Notes: generated by a model from the letters alone, not told the origin. 64,000 bases of DNA from Selaginella moellendorffii (GCF_000143415.4 NW_003314265.1:2683181-2747180); one strand, 5' to 3'; counted from the stretch's first letter, positions 34,500 to 48,683 are shown. Program-made: numbers and translations.

Positions 34500-36300
34500 C
34501 CCTCAAATCTATAGGGGTATCCCTTCACAAAACCTTAACATAAACATTAATGATAAAGGAGTTGAAGTTAACAAACTCTTTAAGTTTATATAAGAGATTG
34601 CCATGAATTAGATAGAATTTACAATCCTACATAATACATCAGCCACCTTATTATCACTATGCTTGTATTAGATCTTAATAAACATTTAATGGTTTAAATC
34701 CACATAGAAGTCCAATCTATATGGATAATGTCATTCTTTCACACCAATGTTTATAACATAGAATTTTTTGTCTTAAGTAAGCTAGTTTTACTGTATAACA
34801 TCAAACTTATAGCTTGTATATGTGAGAGGGTGCCCAACTTGAATCAATACAACATCACTTTCATCCATCTCAACCATAAAAGGCTTTTTAAGATTTAAAA
34901 TCTTCAACATTATTCTCTGTGTTAAGCTTGATATCAAAGTGTATCACAAGACCACTCACCATTCCAAGAGCATAGCTGAGTGTGGAGTGGAGCTCAAATA
35001 ACCAAATGAATACCATCAATCTATCCATACTTAATCTCTTTAGAATGACTACCTTCCATCACTAGCCACTTGGACCATCTCCTCACTCTAGAGGTGGTTG
35101 ATTGCAAGAACATGTAGCTCAAGCTACTCAATTTGAGCTCTAATTTTTTGCAAGAGGTCTAAAAAACCTCTTTGGCTTTGAGAGCCTGTAAAGCTTGGAT
35201 TTTAATGAGAAATCTTTAGCAGTAATTGGAGTTCCATACTTTAGCTCAATGTTATAATTGCTTAACCTGTCTATCAAGAACTTGACTATAAGAGTTTCCA
35301 TCAAAGTTAAGACTATAGAAACTAGAGCTCTTAGATAATGACTTAACATTGCTTTAATTGTTGAAACACCATTTTGACACTTTTCATCTCAACCAACAAA
35401 TAGTAGCATGCTTTAATATGTTATAAAGTCAAGGGAATAACTATTTTTAAAAAGTGCTTTATAAATTGTGATAAAACTCCAATTATACCAAAGAAACAAG
35501 CCAATCAGTTACAACTTAGATTTTTATGAGATTAACTCTCATATCAAATATACAAGATATTGTAAGCCATAATTTATTTTTCTAATTTGTTAACTTACCT
35601 CACTTATTCAACAACTTTTGTTTTAACTATAGTTAAATTTTTTTGTCAAGACCCACTGCTATTTGGTCTTGTTTGGCTTTAGCTATTTATTATATGAGTA
35701 AGAAAGTGTTACCCATTTCTTCAAGGATTCCAAAACTCTTTTGCCTAATCCCCCTCACCGAGGTATAACATTAATTATAGTACTTGGTTATATGAGATTG
35801 AATTTAGTCCATTTATTCGTGTATATAAGTAAGGGTCTAAACCAATTAATATACTTATTCTTATATCCTAAGCACTTAAAATGTGCATTTTCTATTTTTT
35901 TATTTAAAATAAAAATAAAAAACATACTTATGTCTTAAAATATTAAAATCACTCTTTTAAAACTATTTATTGTAAACACCAATGTTGTGGAGATAAAGGA
36001 TAGAACATGGAAATTGAAAGACATAAATGAAACACTAGATGAGTGATCTTTCTTTAGGTTTGCAGTCCTTGTAGCTGCATTGACCAACAAATTTGAGTGT
36101 GAAAACTTCATCCTCGGTGAGCTTGTTGAATATATTAGTCTTTTCTTTTTCAAACGTATCTAGCAAGGGAAATTGAAGGGTTATTGGAGAAACCTTGGCA
36201 TCTAGAGAATTGGAGAGAGCGGGACTGTGGAATAATGCTATAGTGCTAGTGGATTCCAAAAGCAGAAGCATTAGGTGGTGATACAACAAATAAAACAACT
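34500..36300 (-). mobile_element. Degenerate Ty3/Gypsy gag-pol relic (protease and RNase H remnants)
   Basis: Minus-strand remnants KKPFMVEMDESD...QVGHPLTYTSYKF...DKKFYVI (RNase H) and YNIELKYGTP...KLYRLS (pre-RT). Limits are approximate. Confidence 0.62.
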
Positions 36301-36648
36301 ACAGAAGCCCTCACCTTGTCCATCTTAGGGATTGACATTCCAAGACTTTCCCATGGAAGATGAAGTAAGTCTAGCATCCATTCGATTTCTTTTGTTCTTT
36401 TCATTTAATTTTAGTTTACAACACAGTATAAACAAAGATGTGGATGGAGTTCTTTGAGTGACTTTGGTTAAAGGGATGCAATCTCTAAAATACTTTGGAA
36501 TTCTAGAGAGGCTTGTTACATGTATTGAATTAGGAACACCAAAAACAATATGAACTTATGACATCTACAACGTCCATGATTAATATATCGCCCAGGATTT
36601 TATTATACAAATAATAATAATACAAGCTTTTTATATTTAACTTCATGT

Positions 36649-38843
36649 TCATATCAAGGCAGCACGTAATAATACATACTCCAGACTGCGTATGGCGCGG
36701 TTTTCCCAGAAGAACACCGTGCTGCCGAATGTGATGAAGCTGATGACCCCCATGGCGATGCTGAAGGGGAGCAGTCCATCACCATCGCCAGCATTGTGTT
36801 GCTGCTGCTCGCGGCGATCATCATTCGGTGCAATCGACGACAGATTGTTGGGGTTAGGGCTGCATTGCACGGTGATGAGAGGTAAGCCGCAGAGGTATGG
36901 ATTCCCGGCATAGCTGCTGGCCGGGAACGTTGTCAGTTTGCCAGTCTGTGGAATCGAACCTGAGAGATTGTTGTGAGAAACGTTGAACAGGCCAATGTTG
37001 AGGTGGGAGAGGGAAGCCGGTATGATTCCCTGCAAGGCATTTTGCGAGAGGTCCATGTAGAGCAAATTGCTGAGGTCCCCGAGGGACTCAGGGATTCCAC
37101 CGGTGAGGGAGTTGTTCTGCAAGAACAAGCTTGCATGCTCAACATTTGACCGATCTAGGCCGGGATATGGGCTCTGCCGCTTCTATTGGTGAGGAGCTTC
37201 TCCAGATCGGTCATTCGGATTCCTTGCACTGGAATGAGGCTTGTCCAGCTAGCAACTCTGGTCGTGTCATTGGCATTGAAATCGACCAGCATGAATCTCA
37301 GGTTGGCAACCAGATCATCGTCCTCCACGTTCAAAAGTTCCACTCTGCTGTGTTGGCGGCCGATTCGATCTGAGATGGACCCTGACAAAGCGTTGCTGTT
37401 GAGCTCTATATCGACCAAGTTGTCACACTCGTCCAGCTCCTTTGGTATCTCGCCTTGGAGCAGATTATGGCTGAGTTGAAGAAGCTTGAGGTTCCCGTTG
37501 GAGAATCGGGGGATTGATCCAGTGAGTCTGTTGTTGATCAAACTCAGCCACCACAGCTTGCTCAGGTGTGTCAGATCGGAAGGGATGTCTCCATAGAGAT
37601 TGTTGTGCCCGAGCAGAAGAATTTTGAGGCTGCTGCAAGAGCCCAGGCTAGAAGGAATCCGGCCTTGAAGATGGTTGACCCACACGAGCAGATGTTCGAG
37701 TTTGGGAAGCTTGGAGCAGAGATTGTGAGGAATCTCTCCAGTCAAGGCATTGAAACTCAAATCTAGTAGCTCTAAGCTGGAACAATCTGCGACCGAACTG
37801 AGGACTAGTCCTTCCAGGTTGTTGTTGGGCAGCATTAATGTGCGGAGTTTTGAAGGAGCACGCTGTGATGATGCGCAAATTCTGGTTGGAGTGATGCGGA
37901 AATTGTTGGCGCTGAAGTCGATATAGTGGAGATATGAGTGGATGATGGGAACTCGTCCTGAGAATCGGTTGAAACTGGCATCGAGGATTTGCAGAGATGG
38001 TAAGGACTTGGCCAAGTTTGTGAAACTGCCGGAGAGATTGTTGTTCGAGATGTTGAGCACCCTGAGCGAAGCACAGATTGCCGGATGCTTGAATTCTGAA
38101 AGCATGTTGGAAGATATGTCGAGCTCTGAGAGGTTCCGACAGCCGTCAGAGTCGATTACCAGTGCCGTGAATATATTGGAGGCGAGCTTCAGATTGCGGA
38201 TGTTACTAGATGAACTCAACGATGGGAATACTTCCGAGAAATTGTTGTGATCCAAAGAGATACTTTCCAGTGAGCTGCAATTCATGATCTGCCTGGGGAC
38301 ACTGCCGGTTAGCCGATTCTTGGAGACATCCAGATGCTGCAAGCTGCATGATAGAGGAAAGAACGACGGTGGCAAGGGACCAGTGAGCATATTGTTGGAC
38401 AGATTCAGCGATTTCATGCCTCGGCAGTCGGCAAGAAGCTGCAACGGGACGCCTCCTTCCAATCTGTTACCGGACAAGTCGAGCATGTTCAAAGCGCATG
38501 TTTGGAGCGACAGATCCTCAACAGAACCCGTGAAGTTGGTGTTGGAAATGATCAACTTTTTCAACTCCGGCAGTCCTTGGATCGCAGATGCCAGAAGAGA
38601 GCTCGGGAACGATGCCAGATTCCGTAAATGAAGTTCGACTACCCGCCCCTGGTTAGAACAAGCAACGCCTTCCCATTCACAGATGCTGCTTGTACTTGAA
38701 TCCCAAGCATTACCTGCCATATGTTCTCTCAAGCGGAGGAGGATCGTGGAGTCATTCCCACCACCAACGGTCGCAAATGTGAGCAATATCGCGAGCCACA
38801 ACATGGCTCTTCTCCAGACGATGCAAGGTTTGTTCTTTCTCAT
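36649..38843 (-). pseudogene. LRR receptor-like protein (no kinase) with a premature stop and a frameshift
   Basis: Signal peptide, CEWEGVAC cap and ~19 LRRs, then TAG in IPA*IGQM at 37155-37157 and a frameshift before LFLQNNSLTGGIP. Followed by the GNPYLCG cap, a TM helix and a short tail. Confidence 0.85.
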
Positions 38844-39409
38844 ATGGATATGTAGACTTGAAATTTTGTGCTTATTAGACTTCCATCACGACTTTGTGAC
38901 CCATGATCTGGAACAAATGTTCAACAACGACTAGTCCGACGGCAATGCCGGCTCAGATGCAATGATGCTCTTGTATTTATGTGCTAAACTCTCTCTGATC
39001 ATGAAACTGAGAGTGAGACCAACATCGTTAAGCTATGGAAACATCCAGGATACGCGTCAGTTTTGACTCAAACAAAGGATCAAAGGCGTCCAGTCAAACT
39101 TTGTGCTTCTCTTCCGTGTTGAACAATGATTCTGATTTTAGAGATGGGAATCATGGGATAGGAAAATTGCTCACAGCATTGGTTGCAGCTGGACGCAGGT
39201 TCTACTTAGATGCAGGAAAAACTTATGTCCAGTTCAATTACATCTGTATGATTCATCCCATAAAAGAAACCCTCGTTGCAAGCTGGACAAGCAATCTAGG
39301 AAATCAGGCTGCACGAACCAAGGCTTTGGATTCAACTAAAGTTCCAACTTTGAACAAATTTTCCATATAACGCTTGGAGGATTAAATGCAACATCTGTGT
39401 GATGAGTGC

Positions 39410-42070
39410 GGACCACTCTTGAGCTTATGAGTTGAAAAGTTAAGTTTGCAATCTCAGCTCTAGTTTAATATAAATATTATAAAGTTTCAAAAATTAAGGC
39501 TTTATATTTTATACAAATAAAAATTTTTTGATAGAGATTTTTTATCCAAGAATTAAAATATTTACTATGTGCTAAAAATGTAGGTTTGTCAGAATTTTAA
39601 ATAAGATAAGATACAAATCTGTACCATGTGCTTTTTAAAAATTATCAAGTTTGAATTAAGATTCTTTTGCAAGGCCATGTATCTATAAGACACATGAATA
39701 TTATGGGCATTATTGCAAAGAGAACACTTGCAAGTATATAAAATGAAATGTATGTATTTATAATAATTATAAAAAAATATAAAAGTTTATAATATTAGGT
39801 CAAATGAACTTGTTATAACATACATGACCAATGGTCCTAATGTTGAGTATCATTTTACTCCAAGACAATGCTCCTGGAGTGAACCATCTCAAGTGGCTAA
39901 TGAAGAGAGTGCATCATAATAAGTTGAAATCATTTACTATAGCATAGAACTGAAGCAATAGGCAATCTAACACGTGTTAGCAAAATCTAATATAAAGTGT
40001 GTGAGAATACTTTTGAGGGGCAAATGCTAGACTTAGGTTTATGGTAATAAATTTGCTTTTATTCCATCTGCATATTTCTATAAGAAATGAAAGCAAGTAG
40101 GATTTTTAAGATGGTGCTAGTTATATTGTTGCGACACTAATGTCAATCATACAAAGTGGCTTGAAAACATTATACTGACAAAACCTAATGCAATACCTAA
40201 AGAATGGCTGATTACTAATGAAGTCATACTCACCTCAAATAAGATTGGAAATTTTAAGAAATTTGGTTTCAATCTTGAGAGAAGGAGAGTTGGAGACATG
40301 AGTGACAAAATTAACACTATTCCCATAGAGATGTATAAAAGGGTAACAAGAAAACATAAAATAGTTAAATTTATTAGTACCATTTCCAAGCAAAAGTAAG
40401 GTAAAATAAACTTGATTCAAATTCTTGAGTGTGAGATTTTTTCCATGAAGTGCATTATTGTGCTAGCAAAGGAGTATATTGTGAAAACTAAAGGTGGAGA
40501 GTATAAAATTGCGATTCAAAATCTTCTATCTTGCACATGTTCAGACTTCACAAAGCACAAAGAGCATAAGAAGGTATATGCTCCTTGCATATATATTACA
40601 TTTTCATCAACATCTTGCATCAAGATTTTCAAGTGGACATTCATATAAACCAAACAAGCCTTACTATTGCTAAGTTGCAAAAGACTTTTAGAAGTGATTA
40701 GATTATGTTTATTCTTTATCAATATTATAAACTTTTATATTTTATATAATTATTAGAATCACATACTTTTCATTTTATACTTGCAAGTATTCTCTTCATA
40801 ATAATGCCCATAATATTTATGTGTCTCATAGATATATGGTCTTGCAAAAGAATCTTAATTCAAACTTGATAATTTAAAAAAAGCATATAGTATAGATTTA
40901 AATCTTATCTTATTTACAGTTTTGATGAACCTACCTATTTTGGCATGTAGAAAATATTGATAAGAAATCTTTAATAAAATATTTTTATTTATATAAAATG
41001 CAAAGAGATGTTAATATATATTACAAAGTTAGGTTTGCTATGAATCTTAATTTCTAAAACTTTATAATATTTATATTAAACTATATTTGAAATTTGAGCT
41101 CAACTTATCAACTTAACTCTACATTTCATGAGCTTAAGAGTGATCGATACTCCCACTCCCAAACTGAGCCACTTCAAGTGGTTGATGAAAAAAGTGCATC
41201 ACAACAAATTGAAATTGCTTACCATAATGTTGACTCAAGGTAATAAACAATTTACCAAGTACTAGCAAAATCTAATGTAATGTATATATAAATGTTTTTA
41301 GGGGGCAAATGTTAAATCTGGATCTATAGTGATAAATCTACTTTTGTTCCAACCCCATGTTTCCATGGGGGAACGAAAGCAAATAAAATTTTTGAGATGG
41401 TGTTGGTTGTATTGTTGTAATGCCAATGGTAATCATACAAATTGGTTTGAAGATATTATAGTGATTAGTAAGTGCATCCCTTCTAGAGGTCGGGACTCTT
41501 TGCATGTATTAGCTCTAAAATTACTATGGTTATCCGCGGTCGGCAGGGTTCGATCATGGTCAGGATAAAACATCCATCACAATCCAAGTTACTACTTAAG
41601 ACAAGGTATCATAAGGCCTCAAAACTTAATAAAGTGCCTAAAGAATAGCTAGTTGTTAATAGGGTCATTCTCACCACAAATGAGATTGAAAACCTTGAGA
41701 AATTTTATGCTTTCCCATATTCCTTATGCTTTATAAAGTTTGAACATGTGTAAAAAAAAAGGTTTTGAATAACAATTATATATTCTTTATTTTTTGTTTT
41801 CACAATGTACTTCTTCACTAGCATAGTGATGCACTTTATGGAGAGAATCTCACACTCAAACATAGGTTATTTTATCATGCTTTTACTTGGAGATGGTATT
41901 AGTAAATTTGATTGCCTTACCTTTTCTTGTTAGCCTTTTGCTCTTTACAAGTATATGTATTACATCCTCACCAGCATTTTGCACTTGTATCCTAAAATGG
42001 ACGTTCATATACACTAAACAAACTTTATTATTTTTGAGTTATAGAAGACTTTTGGAAGTAATTAGATGAG
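39410..42070. mobile_element. Scrambled AT-rich SWIM zinc-finger element relics with ~400-bp inverted repeats
   Basis: ~39410-39797 is the reverse complement of ~40721-41145. SWIM remnant YKIAIQNLLSCTCSDF...APC at 40470-40600 (+), with an inverted second copy at ~41710-41860. Direct copies at ~39880-40270 and ~41165-41700. Confidence 0.65.
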
Positions 42071-42339
42071 AGATCAGATATACACTAAAGGTAGTTGAAG
42101 ACGAAGAAGTGCTCTTGCTCACTAATAACTTGATCTGAAAATAAACTTTTATAGATAAACTCGTAAGGACATGTCTATTTTTAGTTCAAGGATAGAGTCA
42201 ATTTTTTACTATAGCTTCCTCTCTTGAGATTCACATATCCAAGATTTATTCTAAACAAAACAAAATGTAAGAGAGATATTATTTTAAAGTATGTAATATT
42301 ATTTGCCTACCTCTTGAGGCTAAACACAAATTATACACT

Positions 42340-42623
42340 ATAAGCAACTAGTTTTTCCATTTTACTTTAGTCACTTAACCACACATTTGATCATTTGAAG
42401 GAGTCTTACTCACAACCTCCGTAAGTCCTATTCAAGACTTGGGGACATACTAGCCTCGTGAATGGCATCTATACTACTTAGCCTTTGCACTTGGTCTAAG
42501 TGCTCCATATGTCCAATCCCATGATCGACACCCAAATGTACCACTAACATATTAGCCTGTTACGCTAAGGCTATGCTCATTTACTCTTGTCATATTGGTA
42601 GTCCAAGACCACTTACATTACAG
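42340..42623 (-). mobile_element. Truncated older LTR fragment, family A
   Basis: Diverged direct copy of 42624-42900 and reverse complement of the 3' end of the LTR at 59720-61377. Confidence 0.75.
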
Positions 42624-45098
42624 TGTAAGTGACTAAATTTTTCATTCTACTTTAGTCATTTAACCACACTTTTGACCATTTGGAAGAGTCTCACTCACAA
42701 CTTCCATAAGTTTTATTTTGGACTTAGGGACTTGCTAGTCTTGAGAATGGCATCCTTCAACCTTTGCACTTAGTCCAAGTGCTCCACATGTCCGATCCCA
42801 TGACCGACACCCAAAGGTATCACTGACATATTAGCATGTTAGTACGCTAAAGCCATGCCCATTCTTCTTTGTCACACTAGTGATCCAACACCACCTATAT
42901 GTAAGCAACCAAAGGGAACGACTCGAGAGACGATCCATGGGGTTCAAATATAGAGGGAAAGGGCCCATGAATAAGAGTGCACCCCCTTTTCCAATCGGTT
43001 AAGGGTCTTGGGATAGTTGGAGTTAAGCGTCCTTGGGTTTGAATAGTACTGGGCTGGGTGACCTCCCGGGAAGTCCAAACTCAGGAGCTTACATTTGGTA
43101 TCAGAGCGGTCTCGGGTCCGACTCTGTTAGTTGGCTAGGGGAATCACACCACATGTTAATTGACATCTGGCTGGTCCAATTTGCTCCTGCTGGGCTCGAC
43201 CCGAGGGGTAGGGTGTCAAGAGAGCGGGGCTCTCGGGAGAGTTGCGGCTCTCAGCTTCCGTTCACGAGGGCGTGAACTTGCAGGGAAGCGTGGTGGATTG
43301 TAAGCAACCAAAGGGAACGACTCGAGAGACGATCCATGGGGTTCAAATATAGAGGGAAAGGGCCCATGAATAAGAGTGCACCCCCTTTTCCAATCGGTTA
43401 AGGGTCTTGGGATAGTTGGAGTTAAGCGTCCTTGGGTTTGAATAGTATTGGGCTGGGTGACCTCCCGGGAAGTCCAAACTCAGAAGCTTACATTTGGTAT
43501 CAGAGCGGTCTCGAGTCCGACTCTGTTGGTTGGCTAGGGGAATCACACCACATGTTAATTGACATCTGGCTGGTCCAATTTGCTCCTGCTGGGCTCGACC
43601 CGAGGGGTAGGGTGTCAAGAGAGCGGGGCTTTCGGGAGAGTTGCGGCTCTCAGCTTCCGTTCACGAGGGCATGAACTTGCAAGGAAGCGTGGTGGATTGT
43701 AAGCAACCAAAGGGAACGACTCGAGAGACAATCCATGGGGTTCAAATATAGAGGGAAAGGGCCCATGAATAAGAGTGCACCCCCTTTTCCAATCGGTTAA
43801 GGGTCTTGGGATAGTTGGAGTTAAGTGTCCTTGGGTTTGAATAGTACTGGGCTGGGTGACCTCCCGGGAAGTCCAAACTCAAGAGCTTACACTATATCAC
43901 AGTTCTGTTTCTCAAAGATTAGGTCATTTGTCCATGAGAGATCATCCTAGATCCACTCTTTAACATCCTTAGGATGCCTATAAACATGGGGAACAACTTT
44001 CCCCAATATCCTTTTTTCGGTCCCTACCAAGTCCTTTTTTATCCATGGATGTGTTCACTAACATTGCCACTAGGTCAAGGCTTACAGACTTGATCACTAA
44101 GTCCCATTGTCCTCTGGGACTTCCTTACTAAATGATTGTATCCTTGGGAACTACACTAAAGGACTGTTCCTTTTCCTTTTCACAATCCAGGACTTTAAGA
44201 CAACATTTTAGAACACTATGGCCCTATGCAAGCCTCATAGGTACTTTCCCCACCTTCTGCCTTTGGGTGCTTTAGCCATGGGGCTAGAGCGAGGTTTTGT
44301 TGAGCTGCTAGGTATCCAAGTAGGTAGTGCCACCCACACTTGGATTGGGAACATCAGCCATTCGATCTTTCGGGGGAGTTAAAGCTGGCTTTTGAACACT
44401 TCACCAAACTACCCCACTTGTCAATTCGTACTCACTCTAGCGTTAGATTCCTCACTAGATATATCATCACGCAACACATAGGCATAACCTTCTTGGGTCA
44501 CACTAGCTTTTCCTAGCCAAATTGGCTCCACTAGGGTCCAACCCCCACACTCTCCCTACTATACTTTTGGAACCCCCTACAGGCCCCCCCTTGGGGGGCG
44601 ATCGCTTTGGGCTTTCACCCAACAACCTGTATTAGTATTCAGACTTAGACTTAGACTTGGACTCGGACTCAGACTTAGACTTGGTCTTGGTCTCAGACTC
44701 GACCTTTATCTTAGTCTCGATTTCAGTCTCAATCTCGGTCTTGGTTTCATCTTGGACTTCATCTCGGATCCATCTCGGACTCCATCTTGGACTCCATCTC
44801 GGACTCCATCTCGGCTCCATCTTGGGTCCATCTCGGACTCCATCTCAGATCTATCTCAAACTTCTCAACACTTCCATATGTCATGCGTTGGTCTTTTTAT
44901 GTCCCTTTTTTAGAGATTCATTTATTGCTCGTCGAGCTTGTTCCTCGAGCCCTTCATTGGGAGTTCCACTCCCGCTCTCAAATGTTCAAGTTGAAGCTTT
45001 TAGTCCAAATATGTTACTCTCGTTTGGCTTTCGCTTCAACCAGTATTATGTGGCACCTTTTCAACTCCACTTTGGGGTTTAGGGATTTGTGTCTCACA
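42624..45098 (-). mobile_element. Family A 3' LTR, interrupted by the Cassandra array; degenerate internal sequence continues to ~45600
   Basis: TG...CA termini and the reverse complement of 59720-61377. A PPT-like GGGTGGTGGAGT lies on the minus strand at 45099-45110. Confidence 0.82.
42900..43891 (+). mobile_element. Cassandra-type TRIM tandem array (LTR-int-LTR-int-LTR) with a 5S rRNA-derived domain in each LTR
   Basis: 194-bp LTRs at 42900-43093, 43299-43492 and 43698-43891 (TG...CA), period 399 bp. PBS TGGTATCAGAGC follows LTR1 and LTR2, and a PPT precedes LTR2 and LTR3. TSD CTATA at 42895-42899 and 43892-43896. The 5S-like segment is AGTTAAGCGTCCTTGGG...TAGTACTGGGCTGGGTGACCTCCCGGGAAGTCC. 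Confidence 0.95.
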
Positions 45099-48000
45099 AC
45101 TCCACCACCCATAGACGAAGTTCAATGTCCTTATCAAATGATAAACCATTTTATAAAGTAATACCAATATATATTACCCTTTTCATCCTTAGCACCAAAC
45201 CAATATTCGAAGGTTCACCATGCCTTTCCTATCCTTTGAGAAGTGTAATCTCTTCAACTTAGAGACTTATTCGATCACTTGTGGTGGTTCTCTCCTTTTA
45301 TTGGTTTAGTCCTTGCTAAACCCATTAAATACACCTTCTCTATCTCAATCCCACTATTTGTTCTCAAGTAATCTTAGCTTCTATCAACATCACTATTGCA
45401 CTTTGGAATTTTTATTTTAATTTCTCAAGTCAATTTCTTGGGTATCTTCGACACTTTGCATTGCACTTATGGTGCAAACTCCACTCCCCCATCCTAGGAA
45501 GTCCTTTACTTGAAGGCACTATTATCCTTTCTTTTATTTCATAGCACACTTGGCACGAAATTCCACGTATCCATAATTTATGCTAAGGCTATCCATAGCC
45601 CTATCATTGATCTTTGGAAATATATTTTCTTTTTTTAGAAACTAAAGCAAATAGCAATTACTTAAAAAATAAGCTGAACACTACTTTGCCATGATTATCT
45701 TATGCAATTCTACAGTACTATATTGCATAACACCAAACTCATTTTTGAACAATTCTCAAATATTCTATTAAAATTTGTAGCATTTTTATAAAACTTTTAG
45801 TTTTTCAAGGATATATAGTCATGTTTTCTTCATTGGAAATTCTTTCAAAGATCTTCTGAATCACTATAGTTGGCCATGCCAAATTATACAAAACAAATGA
45901 AAAATGAGTATACCATTCTTGCTGTTTTGACTTAAACACATGATTGTCATGCTAAAGCGGCTTACTTTTATAAAAGAAAAATTTAAACTATAGAAAAGAA
46001 ACTTCAGTCACAGGAGAAGCAACTTGAAGCTGCTAACCTGGATTCATCAACTTTCTTTTTAAGCTTCATGAGCCATTGCAATCTGCTAAGTTATTTCTTA
46101 TTATTTCTAGTTTTATTGCTCATCCTGCTCAATAACCTCATTTGAGCCTTTGAGATTTTTCAAGCATTCCTAAGTCCCTCTGGAAAACTGAAAGTGTTTA
46201 AATAAACACAATGTTGATTTGCCAAATTTGATGCATTTCATGATGATGAAAGAGCCTCTCAAAGCAAATTCCCTACCTAGAAAAAAAATGTGAAGTATCA
46301 ACAAAAAACATCAACAAAGAATCAATAAAATTCTATAAAATAACATTGGAATGAAAGAAGAAAGAAATGTGAGATCTTTAGAGTGTTTATCATAGCCTAG
46401 AACCTAGATAAATCAATAACTCCTCAAGGAAGAAGAAAAGAAAAGATAGCAATGCTATGGAACATACTCCATCCCTAAGATTTAATTAAGAACTCCAAAC
46501 CAAAAGAATATTGAGGGGAATATTATCCTTAAATGATAATCTGATGCTGTAAATATTTAAAATCATTACCATTTATGGAAGATTTATCAATTACAAAACC
46601 TAATAAAATTCTAGTAGAGGTACGGATATGGAGAAAATAAACTATCTCATATTGGTTGTAAAGTTTTTGCATTGATTCTAGATATTAAGAAGTTTGATAA
46701 GAAGGCAATGCCACTTTATATGGTTAAATATGACAGTGTGAAGAAAGGATATCCCTTGTTCAATCCTCAATAAAATCTTAATTCCTAACCATATTAACAA
46801 GGAAGAAATCCAATTTAGATATACCATTGTGTTTCATACTTTTACTTTCAAGAAAGTAAGTATCTCCACATTGATTAGCATGGTTTTTGTTACTTCTACA
46901 GTTAACTTATTCCATCGCTAAATTACACCATTTTTTGAAATATGTTAAATTCTTTTTTATCTTTATTTTAGCACAATATTTAGAGAATTTATGTGATAAG
47001 TATTCATTGGTAGAATTAGTCATAAAAATATATAGATTTTCCTTGGTGAATGCCTTAATCTCGGTTTGAAAAACTTCAAAAGATTTATATTTAGATTTTA
47101 GAAAAAAAAAAAACTGAAATTATCTTCAAGATATCCCATTCTATTCTCTCTTGTCAATAATTTATTTTTTTAATTTACTTGTTGAATCCTCCCTATGATC
47201 TTAATGGATGTCATTCACATATAAGTAGTAAATTCCTTTGATAATATTGGTAGCCTTTTGAGTTGGAAAATAAGAGATCTCCAACTCAAGAAGAATGAGC
47301 TTATAGATTACATTGGTTTTTATATTAGTCACATCATAAAGAGGATTAGGCAAAAGTTAAGAAAGAAGATTTTGATGATGAAAGTGATATTTCAAATTTT
47401 AATCTTAGAAAGGAGTATAAGGTTAAAAATATTATTAAATCTATGCTTATCAATTCTATTATTGCAAAATTAGAATATAGATTTGCAATTACCAACAACT
47501 TACCATAGTTCAAATTGGTGTGTTGGAATTAAAACTTTCTACTTTAAATTTTAAAGATGGAAGTGATTTATTAAAATATTTTTCTTTAGTTCATAGGTAT
47601 TTTGCTATTCTTCAAAAAGTTGGTCATGGTGTTCGTAAAGAATAGAAAAACCCAAAAGTATAACAATCTTATGATCATTATTGAAATTGTTCAATGTTGA
47701 GAACTACAAAGGAAAAGATTAAGTTGCACTTTGAATTAGAATTAATCAAAATACTTCTTTGGTAGAGCATTTTAAGTTATTTGAAAGGTGTTAGTGTAGT
47801 TCTCATGGTTGTAAAAAAAGTTTTGTTAAATAAAAATAAAAGCATTCAATCTCTTAATAATTTTAGTAAATTGTAGCATTTGTGGTTTTCACCCTTTAGC
47901 CTATAGTGATTTACTATCAGAGCGGAACATAAACCCTTTGGTCACATATTCAAGAGTAGCAAAGCAAAACTCAAGTTTTACTACTTTAAGCCACTGAATA

Positions 48001-48683
48001 AAAGGATGGAGCTAAACTCTTAAATGTAAAACCAAGGAGTGAAGGAAGTGAAAGAACTTTTGAGCATATAATCTAACGAGTAAAAAAGTAAGAGCTTAGA
48101 AGAACATAGGAACAATCTTAGAGTATTCAACATCATAATGCCAAAATTAGTATGCAAAATGGAGCCAAGCAATGTTTAATGTAAATTTAGCATACCAATA
48201 GCATAACATAAAGATATAAGTACTCCACCAACTAACATGGTATAAAACTTAGACGCAAAACAAAGATAAATATGCAAGCAAGAGCTAGATTATGTTTTAT
48301 GTTGGTTTGCCATGTTAGAATGGTGTTAGATTGTAAATTTGGATATGGGAATAATACCATCATCTTCAAGATAATCTCTACATTCCATAAATATCCCTAA
48401 CTAGCAAATTTAGACACTTTCCATAAATAGTCAATGGGATCAAATGAAACTAACACATGGGGCATGATAGCAAAAGTGTTTTGTAAACACATTAACCTAT
48501 CATTTAACGAATATTTCTAACACTAACAAGTGCAAGCCAACTAATGAGTTTCTTTAATCAGGTTAAATATGCTTAATTAATAGTACTTAGAAATTTCATC
48601 CTTATGCTTTTCTAGCCAAGTGCATACGTGAAAATTAGTTTCCCAACTAACTTGGGCAAAGACTAATAAAATGTTTAACGATA

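Noticed and set aside
43021-43874. 5S rRNA gene array
   Set aside because: Only ~55 nt of the internal control region is present, embedded in LTRs with PBS, PPT and TSD. These are Cassandra LTRs, not rRNA genes.
42900-43891. CRISPR-like repeat-spacer array
   Set aside because: The repeats are 194 bp and the spacers are near-identical to each other; this is a TRIM tandem.
45600-47870. AT-rich stretch with possible eroded coding remnants
   Set aside because: Too degenerate; no motif, termini or repeat partner found in the window.
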